A DNA stretch of 64,000 nt from contig JAEWOS010000016.1 of NCBI GenBank assembly GCA_023460855.1, positions 78,900 to 142,899 on the forward strand, in the 5' to 3' direction. The stretch's first letter is position 1. Every line of letters starts with the position of its first letter. A program made the position numbers and the translations under genes. Below the pieces are notes generated by a model. It was not told the origin of the DNA and did not search any database. It saw only the letters and a list, made by a program, of their open reading frames with translations. Positions 28,957 to 36,101 of this stretch are shown piece by piece. The stretch is from Bacteroidota bacterium (GTDB lineage: Bacteria; Bacteroidota; Bacteroidia; Flavobacteriales; Weeksellaceae).

Positions 28957-29709
28957 ATGAAAATTGCCGGACTGAACCAGGATATCATCTGGAAGGACAA
29001 AAATGCCAACTTCAGGTTAATTGAAAAATCATTTGCAGAAACCAATGCTGACCTTTTTCTTCTTCCCGAAATGTTTTCGACGGGATTCTGCATGGAACCC
29101 GCCGAAATTGCTGATAAAAACGAAGAAACACTGACGTGGATGAAACAGTTTGCAGCAGAAAAAAATGCAGCTGTTTCTGGAAGCGCTTCGGTAAAAGTCG
29201 GGGAGTCATTTTATAACAGAATGTATTTTGTAAAACCCTGTGGAGAAACGTCTTTTTACGACAAACGGCATCTGTTTTCCTATTCCGGAGAGGATGAGGT
29301 TTATTCAGCGGGAAAGAGCAGAATTATCGTAGAATATCTTGGATTCCGGATCCTGTTGCAAGTTTGTTATGATTTGAGGTTTCCTGTTTTCTCGCGAAAC
29401 CGCGATGATTACGATGTGATCCTGTATGTTGCAAACTGGCCGGCGAAACGTGTTGAAGCATGGGAGCATCTGCTGAAAGCCCGCGCCTTGGAAAATCTGG
29501 CGTATGTTTTTGGGCTGAACAGAACCGGCACCGATGGAAATGACCTCGAATATCCGGAAAGTTCTCACTGCTTTTTTGCAGACGGAAAGGAGGTTTCACA
29601 AAAAGACGGCAACATTCTTACTGCAGAAATCAGTTTGCAGAAACTGGAAAAATTCCGGGAAAATTTCGGATTTCTAAATGACCGGGATGAATTTCAAATC
29701 CTGGATTAA
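28957..29709 (+). CDS. carbon-nitrogen hydrolase (nitrilase superfamily; omega-amidase YafV-like)
   Basis: 250 aa. Catalytic-triad context LFLLPEMFSTGF, ..YDKRHLF.. and LLQVCYDLRFP. Confidence 0.85.
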   Translation: MKIAGLNQDIIWKDKNANFRLIEKSFAETNADLFLLPEMFSTGFCMEPAEIADKNEETLTWMKQFAAEKNAAVSGSASVKVGESFYNRMYFVKPCGETSFYDKRHLFSYSGEDEVYSAGKSRIIVEYLGFRILLQVCYDLRFPVFSRNRDDYDVILYVANWPAKRVEAWEHLLKARALENLAYVFGLNRTGTDGNDLEYPESSHCFFADGKEVSQKDGNILTAEISLQKLEKFRENFGFLNDRDEFQILD

Positions 29710-29733
29710 CAGCGTCTGATTTTCAAGAAAATA

Positions 29734-30033
29734 TCAGATATACTGTTCGAGAAGCGTTGTCAGCGTGTTTACATCATGAACACCGGATTCTTTCCAGAGC
29801 AGTTCCCCGTTTTTATAAATGGCGAGAGTAGGCACACCGCGAACGCCATTCTGCGAGGCAATTTGCGGAAACTGATCCACATCGATTTTTACAATTCTCG
29901 CTTTATCGCCAAGTTTGTCCTTCACCGAATTCAAAACAGATGACTGCACTTTGCAGGGCTGACACCAGGTTGCGAAAAAATCAATAAGTACCGGACGTTC
30001 TGAAGCTATTAGTTCCTGAAATTTCTGTGACAT
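29734..30033 (-). CDS. thioredoxin
   Basis: 99 aa. FFATWCQPCK active site and GVRGVPTLAIYKNG. Confidence 0.9.
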   Translation of the reverse strand: MSQKFQELIASERPVLIDFFATWCQPCKVQSSVLNSVKDKLGDKARIVKIDVDQFPQIASQNGVRGVPTLAIYKNGELLWKESGVHDVNTLTTLLEQYI

Positions 30034-30042
30034 AGTTGTTCG

Positions 30043-30255
30043 TTAATTGAGTTGTTGGGAATCGTTCTCAGCGTTCGGCTTAACCTGGTGAATGCTGCAG
30101 TTTCCGGAGGCACAGCCGGATCTGAAAACCGACATCGCCACAAAGTAAAGTCCAAAAATTGCCATCCACCACACACCATCTTTTACAGCGATCACCGCAA
30201 AAAGAATTCCACCGGCTAGATAGAGCAGCCTGCTGATGTTCCAGTTTTTCAGCAT
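30043..30255 (-). CDS. small two-TM protein, YgaP/DUF2892-like, with a GCASGNC motif
   Basis: 70 aa. Two hydrophobic helices, then SGCASGNCSI. Lies inside the sulfur operon. Confidence 0.7.
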   Translation of the reverse strand: MLKNWNISRLLYLAGGILFAVIAVKDGVWWMAIFGLYFVAMSVFRSGCASGNCSIHQVKPNAENDSQQLN

Positions 30256-30257
30256 TT

Positions 30258-30572
30258 TCAGTTGCTGATTTTTTCGTTTAAGCTTTTCCAGCCGCCACCG
30301 TTGTAAACCTCGGTAAATCCGTTATCTATAAGAATCGATCTTGCTGATGAACTGCGCATACCGCTTGCACAGCAGGTAATTACGGGTCTTTTTTTGTCGA
30401 TGGTCGACAGTTTATTCCGAAGATCCTGTAAAGGAATATTCTTGGAATTCCGGATTGAACCTGTGCTGAATTCGGCAGGTGTACGCACATCAATAATTTG
30501 TGCTCCGTTCTTTACCAGTTCTTTGAGGTTAATAGTATCCCCTCCAAAAAGTTTCTTAAAAAAACCGATCAT
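30258..30572 (-). CDS. single-domain rhodanese (sulfurtransferase)
   Basis: 104 aa. Active-site loop ITCCASGMRSS. 4-nt ATGA overlap with the upstream gene. Confidence 0.88.
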   Translation of the reverse strand: MIGFFKKLFGGDTINLKELVKNGAQIIDVRTPAEFSTGSIRNSKNIPLQDLRNKLSTIDKKRPVITCCASGMRSSSARSILIDNGFTEVYNGGGWKSLNEKISN

Positions 30573-30781
30573 ATTTTTTCCTTTTTATTTTCCGGAGTAA
30601 ACATCGAGAACAGCAGATATCCCATCACCATTCCGTACACCGATGAGTTTACCGGTTTTGATGTAATTGCGCAACTTCCGCTGTTGCATCCGATGAAATA
30701 ATAGTAAGCAAACCCCAGAATTCCGCCGGCAACCACACCAATTACTGCTAATTTATACTTATTCAAAAACTTCTTCATCAT
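30569..30781 (-). CDS. small two-TM protein with a GCNSGSC motif (DUF6132-like)
   Basis: 70 aa. TM1 VVAGGILGFAYYYF, then GCNSGSCAI, then TM2. Overlaps the preceding ORF end by about 20 nt. Confidence 0.65.
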   Translation of the reverse strand: MMKKFLNKYKLAVIGVVAGGILGFAYYYFIGCNSGSCAITSKPVNSSVYGMVMGYLLFSMFTPENKKEKI

Positions 30782-31079
30782 GCGCCAGTTCTTTGGTTAT
30801 TACAAATAGATTTTCGTCTGTAAGTCCCAGTACTTCATGCTCCACTTCTACCGGTATTTCGAACACATCCAGTTCTTTCAGGATGATATCTTCGTCCGGA
30901 AGACTGAATTTTACTTCGCCTTTCAGCATTATTAAATTCGTCGGGACTGCGGTAGTATGTTTTTTCAGCAGGCAGTTATTGCCCAGTGCAACGGCAAACT
31001 GATGGATATTTTCATTTTTCCTGAGCTGAAAAACAGAAGGTTTGTCGGCCAGAAAATCTGTGTACTGCAGAATATTCAT
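30759..31079 (-). CDS. small cupin-like protein, function unknown
   Basis: 106 aa, beta-rich (LIMLKGEVKFSL...DVFEIPVEVEHEV). Its position in the operon supports that it is coding. Confidence 0.55.
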   Translation of the reverse strand: MNILQYTDFLADKPSVFQLRKNENIHQFAVALGNNCLLKKHTTAVPTNLIMLKGEVKFSLPDEDIILKELDVFEIPVEVEHEVLGLTDENLFVITKELAHDEEVFE

Positions 31080-31085
31080 CGTGGT

Positions 31086-32495
31086 TTACAGTTTTTTACT
31101 TTGACAAACGAAATCCGTAGTCGGAACTTTTTCAGTTTTCTTGATACCGTTGAAACCTCCTTCCACTTCAGTAAAATTTCTGATTCCTCTGGAATTAAGG
31201 ATACTCGCTGCAATCATACTTCTGTAACCTCCTGCACAGTGCAGAAAGAAATGCTCCTGATCATCAACTTTTCCTGCCCATTCCGCAATCTGATCCAAAG
31301 GCCTGCTGTACGCATCAGGAATGTGTTCGGAATCATATTCTGTTTCTTTTCTTACATCCACAACTTTGGAGTCTTCCGTAAATTCCTGTGCAAACTGCTC
31401 AGGAGTAATCCGGTTGATCGTGTCAATTTCTTTTCCGGAATCTTTCCAGGAATCAAAACCGCCTTTCAGATATCCAAGAACATTATCGAAACCAACCCTT
31501 GAAAGCCGTGTAATCGCTTCTTCCTCGGTATCCTGATCTGTTACCAGCAAAATCGGCTGCTGCACATCCACAATCATGGCTCCAACCCAAGGTGCAAAAT
31601 CTCCTTTCAGGCCAATATTTACCGCATTCGGAATAAAACCTTTATGGAATTCTGCACTTGCTCTGGTATCAAGAATCAAAGCACCGCTGTGTTCAGCAAC
31701 ATTTTCGAATTCGTCCGGCGAAAGCGCATTCATGCCTTTATTCATCACATCCTCAAAGCTGCTGTAGCCTTCTTTGTTCATCTTCACATTCATTCCGAAA
31801 TATTTTGGAGGAGCTGTAAGGCCGTCCAGAACCGCTTCTACAAATGCTTCTTTATTCGGCTGATTCAGTGCGTAATTGGTTTTTCTTTGATTTCCGAGTG
31901 TATCAACAGTTTCCTTCTGCATATTTTTACCGCATGCTGAACCTGCTCCGTGCGCCGGATAAACCGTAATATCGTCGGCCAGAGGAAGAATTTTATTTAT
32001 CAGACTTTCGTAAAGAGTCCCTGCCAGTTCTTCCTGTGTCATATTGGCAGCTTTTTGTGCCAAATCCGGTCTTCCGACATCTCCCAAAAACAATGTGTCT
32101 CCGGAAAATATTGCCGTTTCTTTGCCGTTTTCGTCGATGAGCAGGTAAGTTGTGCTTTCCATCGTATGTCCCGGTGTATGCAGTACTTTAATCCTGCTTT
32201 TGCCAATTTCGAAAAACTGTCCGTCTTCCGCCGTAATCGCTTCAAACGCAGGTTCTGCCGTAGGTCCGTAAACAATTGGCGCTCCGGTTTTTTTGCTTAA
32301 ATCCAGGTGGCCGGAAACGAAATCTGCATGAAAATGCGTCTCGAAAATATATTTCAGGTCTACTTTATCTTTCTTAAGCCTGTCTATGTATGGCTGCACT
32401 TCACGAAGCGGATCAATAATCGCGGCTTCACCTTCGGAAACAATGTAATAAGCTCCCTGAGCCAGACATCCTGTATAAATTTGTTCTACTTTCAT
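31086..32495 (-). CDS. persulfide dioxygenase (ETHE1-like MBL fold) fused to two rhodanese domains
   Basis: 469 aa. The MBL motif ETHFHADFVSG, HTPGHTMES and YPAHGAGSACG. Two rhodanese modules at the C-terminus, the last with the active-site Cys (FLHCAGGYRS). Confidence 0.88.
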   Translation of the reverse strand: MKVEQIYTGCLAQGAYYIVSEGEAAIIDPLREVQPYIDRLKKDKVDLKYIFETHFHADFVSGHLDLSKKTGAPIVYGPTAEPAFEAITAEDGQFFEIGKSRIKVLHTPGHTMESTTYLLIDENGKETAIFSGDTLFLGDVGRPDLAQKAANMTQEELAGTLYESLINKILPLADDITVYPAHGAGSACGKNMQKETVDTLGNQRKTNYALNQPNKEAFVEAVLDGLTAPPKYFGMNVKMNKEGYSSFEDVMNKGMNALSPDEFENVAEHSGALILDTRASAEFHKGFIPNAVNIGLKGDFAPWVGAMIVDVQQPILLVTDQDTEEEAITRLSRVGFDNVLGYLKGGFDSWKDSGKEIDTINRITPEQFAQEFTEDSKVVDVRKETEYDSEHIPDAYSRPLDQIAEWAGKVDDQEHFFLHCAGGYRSMIAASILNSRGIRNFTEVEGGFNGIKKTEKVPTTDFVCQSKKL

Positions 32496-32577
32496 ATTTT
32501 TCGATTTTCAACGTAACAATGGGAATTTCACAAAAACCCCGCCATTTTTAATAGATGCCGTCTATGAATATTTTGCC

Positions 32578-33375
32578 TTAAATATTTTTTAAAAACAATT
32601 CGTTTATAATTATCCAGATTCCCATTACCAGTACGAACCAACCGAACATGGGCCTGAGTTTCCTGCCTTCAATTTTTTTCGCAATCTGAACGCCAATCAG
32701 AATTCCGACGATTGAGAGCGCCGAAAAGGTCAGCAAGAAAGTCCAGTCTACGTCGATTTTATCAAGCGAGGATGCAAATCCGATCAGTGAATTAAAGGAG
32801 ATAATAACCAGCGATGTGGAAACTGCCTCCTTCATGGAAAGGCCCAAAAGCATTACCAGTGCGGGCACAATCATAAAACCGCCCCCTGCGCCGATGAAAC
32901 CTGTTACAATACCAACGAGCAATCCCTGGGAAATGAGCAGCGTATAATTAATTTCATCAGATTTCCGGAATCTCTGTCTGTCGTATTTCTTGATCATTTT
33001 GATTGAAGAAATCAGCATAAGCACCGCAAAAAGCACGAGGATAAACATTTCTTTCGTAAGCGTTATTCCCCATCTGTTGATGATGTAAGGCGGCAAATGC
33101 GGAAGCACTACCCTTCTGGAAAATAATATTCCTAAAATAGAGGGAAGCCCAAAAAGCAGCACTGTGCGGAAATTCACCACTTTTTGCCTGATGTAACCAA
33201 CGGAACCAACGCTGCTGGTAATGCCCACGACGAAAAGTGAAAGTGCGGTAGCTGTAACCGCATCGATTTTAAAAAGGTAGGCAAAAACAGGAACGCTGAG
33301 TATACTTCCACCGCCACCGATCAGGCCCATTACAAGACCTATTATAATCGCTGTGAAATATCCCAGATATTCCAT
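32578..33375 (-). CDS. sulfite exporter TauE/SafE family membrane protein
   Basis: 265 aa, polytopic. The duplicated GLIGGGGSILSVP / GFIGAGGGFMIVPAL motif is typical of TauE. Confidence 0.88.
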   Translation of the reverse strand: MEYLGYFTAIIIGLVMGLIGGGGSILSVPVFAYLFKIDAVTATALSLFVVGITSSVGSVGYIRQKVVNFRTVLLFGLPSILGILFSRRVVLPHLPPYIINRWGITLTKEMFILVLFAVLMLISSIKMIKKYDRQRFRKSDEINYTLLISQGLLVGIVTGFIGAGGGFMIVPALVMLLGLSMKEAVSTSLVIISFNSLIGFASSLDKIDVDWTFLLTFSALSIVGILIGVQIAKKIEGRKLRPMFGWFVLVMGIWIIINELFLKNI

Positions 33376-33819
33376 TTAGAATATATGTGTAATCTCTGCT
33401 TTTTGATTGCCGACCTGAATCTGATCACCAACGTTCTTGCCGATAATACTTTTGTAAACCGGGGTTTCTTTAGTTACACAATACACCTCCTTTCCGTCAA
33501 ATTCGAAATGGGGTACATTGGAGCCCAGGAAGAAAAAATGATCGCCGGTTTCCACTATTGCGCCTTCTTCAGCCTGCGAATGCGTGCCGCCTGCTTCTGA
33601 CTGTATAAAAGCAAGGTTTTGTTTTGCCGCGTTCAGCATCTGCTCAAACCTCAGCTGCATATCTTTTGCTTCAGTCTGTCTTGCGTAATCATCCGGATCC
33701 AGCGTGTCATCTTCATCCATATCGGAAGCCGTTCGGTAACGCGCAACCGATTCCTGCAGATTTTCTACAATTTTTTCCTGCTCCTCTGCAATTTTTTTTA
33801 ATATTTCTTTCCTGTTCAT
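33376..33819 (-). CDS. Gre-factor-like protein (coiled coil plus GreA/GreB C-terminal-like domain)
   Basis: 147 aa. N-terminal helical region with the acidic patch DMDEDDTLDPDDY. The C-terminus ETPVYKSIIGKNVGDQIQVGNQKAEITHIF resembles the GreA_GreB_C signature (SPlgxALiGKxxGDxv.v....eI..I). Its stop abuts the TauE start. Confidence 0.6.
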   Translation of the reverse strand: MNRKEILKKIAEEQEKIVENLQESVARYRTASDMDEDDTLDPDDYARQTEAKDMQLRFEQMLNAAKQNLAFIQSEAGGTHSQAEEGAIVETGDHFFFLGSNVPHFEFDGKEVYCVTKETPVYKSIIGKNVGDQIQVGNQKAEITHIF

Positions 33820-33865
33820 AGTGTAAATTTAGCAATAAAATGGAATGCGTCAATGATGAAACTTA

Positions 33866-34075
33866 TCATTTTCGCAAAGGATTCAGCAAATGTCCAAGGC
33901 CATTCAACTTAATTTCATAAACTGTAGCAAGCTGCATCCCAAGTTTGCCGGGAGGAAATCCTTTTCTTTGAAACCACTCCAGATAACTTACCGGTAAATC
34001 TGCCAGAATGATGCCTTTGTATTTTCCAAACGGCATTCTCGCATTGCAGATTTCATTTAATATTTCGGGATTCAA
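33866..34075 (-). CDS. DUF3820 family protein
   Basis: 69 aa. MPFGKYKG..LADLP.SYL.WF...GFP.GKLG is the DUF3820 pattern as I remember it. Confidence 0.7.
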   Translation of the reverse strand: MNPEILNEICNARMPFGKYKGIILADLPVSYLEWFQRKGFPPGKLGMQLATVYEIKLNGLGHLLNPLRK

Positions 34076-34079
34076 ACGG

Positions 34080-35165
34080 TTATATTGTCAGGTCAATTTT
34101 TTCTTCCAGTTCCATGGTCTCGGGAAGTTCCAGTTCCGGAGTGTCGTCGTCGGAAAATTCATCTCTGTACACCTGAATAAGCATCACCGTCATAGATACG
34201 AGGATCGGGCCAAAAATAAGCCCCATAAAACCGAACAGTTTCATCCCCATGATAATTCCGAATACCGTATTAAGCGGATGTATATTTTCCAGCCTCTTCA
34301 GCAAGGTAAAGCGAAGCACATTATCTGTAAGTCCCACAATAATCATACAGTAAAGCAAAATTCCGACACCTCCAAACATATTGCCTTCCGCAATCATATA
34401 AATACCTACAGGCACGAAAATAATCGACGCCCCGATAATCGGAATCATAGAAGTGATCGCCGTCAGCACAAACAGCAGAACCGGACTCGGTGCTCCAAAT
34501 ATCAGATAGCCGATCAATGCGATAATTCCCTGACCAACTGCTACAACCGGCAAACCAACCGCATTGGCGATAACCAGTTTTCTGAATTTTTCACCGATCA
34601 TGGAAATGTTGGCTTTTTTGAACGGGATCGCAGAAGCAACGAGTCTCTCAAAAGAGCGCGGTCTTTCCAGCATAAAATACAGCATGAAGAAAAGAGACAG
34701 GATCACACTGAGCGTATTTAAAGTACCGCTGAGTGCACTGGTTGATAAGTTAGTTGCAAAGTTTTTGATTCTGGCAATATTCTGTTCGTTCAGAACATCC
34801 ATGTTGAACTGTTCTTTCAGGTATTCGCGGATACGCACCAGAAAAACATTGAATTTCTGCATATAATCCTCACTGTCGCCCAAATTTGAAATAACCATAT
34901 CGATAACACCGTAAACCGGGATAATCAGAATGACCAGACACAGCAGAATTATAACCATCGCAGACACACCCGGCCTCCAGCCTTTTTCTTCCTGAAATTT
35001 AAAATTAAGAGACCGCGTAACGACATATAGTGTTAAAGCTCCTAAAAGCGAAGGTATGAACATCGACAGATTCGCGATAATCAGCGCAACAAAACCTGTG
35101 ATAATCAGGATCAGAAAGACCTGCTTGATCTTGATACCGCTTATCTGTTTTTTTCGGTCCGGCAT
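34080..35165 (-). CDS. AI-2E family transporter (PerM-like permease)
   Basis: 361 aa with about 8 TM helices. The central ..IGEKFRKLVIANAVGLPVVAVGQGIIALIGYLIFG.. region is typical of the family. Confidence 0.85.
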   Translation of the reverse strand: MPDRKKQISGIKIKQVFLILIITGFVALIIANLSMFIPSLLGALTLYVVTRSLNFKFQEEKGWRPGVSAMVIILLCLVILIIPVYGVIDMVISNLGDSEDYMQKFNVFLVRIREYLKEQFNMDVLNEQNIARIKNFATNLSTSALSGTLNTLSVILSLFFMLYFMLERPRSFERLVASAIPFKKANISMIGEKFRKLVIANAVGLPVVAVGQGIIALIGYLIFGAPSPVLLFVLTAITSMIPIIGASIIFVPVGIYMIAEGNMFGGVGILLYCMIIVGLTDNVLRFTLLKRLENIHPLNTVFGIIMGMKLFGFMGLIFGPILVSMTVMLIQVYRDEFSDDDTPELELPETMELEEKIDLTI

Positions 35166-35234
35166 ATTGGTCTGGTTTGGGGAATTTTATGGATTTTCTA
35201 ATCTCCAAAAATAAAGAGCATAAAGCCCGCTTTA

Positions 35235-36005
35235 TTACATATTTCTGTGGGAACGTTGCAATTGCGGTACTCCCCAGAAAGCAATATAGGTAGAGTACAT
35301 CGCTGCATAATAGAACGGAAATGTTGCCACTATACCGATGAAACAAAGCATAACACCGGCAACGGCAATAATGGAAACGATAAACCCGACTCCAAGCAGG
35401 GTTCCGTAGTTGTTTTTTCCGGTTTCGAACGACTTCTGTAATGCTTCAACTGCATTTTTATTCTCGAAAAGAATCATTGGAATTCCGGTGAAGAAAAAAG
35501 GCAGTACAAAAAAGAACCCAATACCGCACAAAAGCAGACCAAGCGATAAAGCTACTGAAGTAATAAGTGCATAAACCACATACTGTACATAATTCTGTCT
35601 GAAACCTATAAACAAATCTGAAAATTCGGTAGCGAGACCGCGGTTGGCTTTGTGCATTAAATAGATAATCCCTGTATAAAACGGCGCAAGAAGAATCCCT
35701 GCCAAAGAACTGAAACCAATGGCCAGCTGAAGGCCGGGGGTGCGAAAAACGGAATTCATCATATCATCGATATTTCCTCCGGATTGACCCAGTTCACGCA
35801 TATTTTCTGCCATTTCCGTGCTGTCATAACCGGCAATAGTTTCAGAAACTGAAGATATAATGGTACTGATAATGAGATAAATGACGAATCCCAGCATACA
35901 CCAGCCGATTACTTTAAAATAGGTGTTGAATGCGTGGCTGAGAATATCGCTGAAATTTCTCTGTGGCACTGGGGACTGCTGTTCGAATTCACTGAATGTT
36001 TCCAT
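35235..36005 (-). CDS. polytopic membrane protein, function unknown
   Basis: The ORF is open to TTG 36056, but that codon lies inside the upstream terminator T-tract, so ATG 36005 (METFSEFEQQ) is preferred. About 5 TM helices. Confidence 0.6.
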   Translation of the reverse strand: METFSEFEQQSPVPQRNFSDILSHAFNTYFKVIGWCMLGFVIYLIISTIISSVSETIAGYDSTEMAENMRELGQSGGNIDDMMNSVFRTPGLQLAIGFSSLAGILLAPFYTGIIYLMHKANRGLATEFSDLFIGFRQNYVQYVVYALITSVALSLGLLLCGIGFFFVLPFFFTGIPMILFENKNAVEALQKSFETGKNNYGTLLGVGFIVSIIAVAGVMLCFIGIVATFPFYYAAMYSTYIAFWGVPQLQRSHRNM

Positions 36006-36054
36006 CGGATAAACGTTTTGCTCAAAATTAGTATAATTTTGTGTAAAGTCCAGC

Positions 36055-36079
36055 AAAAAGACCGGAAAAATCCGGTCTT
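36055..36079 (-). terminator. rho-independent terminator of the S41 protease gene
   Basis: 9-bp stem AAGACCGGA/TCCGGTCTT with a 4-nt loop, running into a T-rich tract on the minus strand. Confidence 0.7.
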
Positions 36080-36101
36080 AAATAATTAATTATTAGTGCT
36101 T

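Noticed and set aside
34008-34721. 237-aa plus-strand ORF rich in His/Arg/Asn/Lys
   Set aside because: It is antisense to the AI-2E transporter gene. Its low-complexity basic composition is what the reverse frame of a hydrophobic membrane-protein gene would produce.
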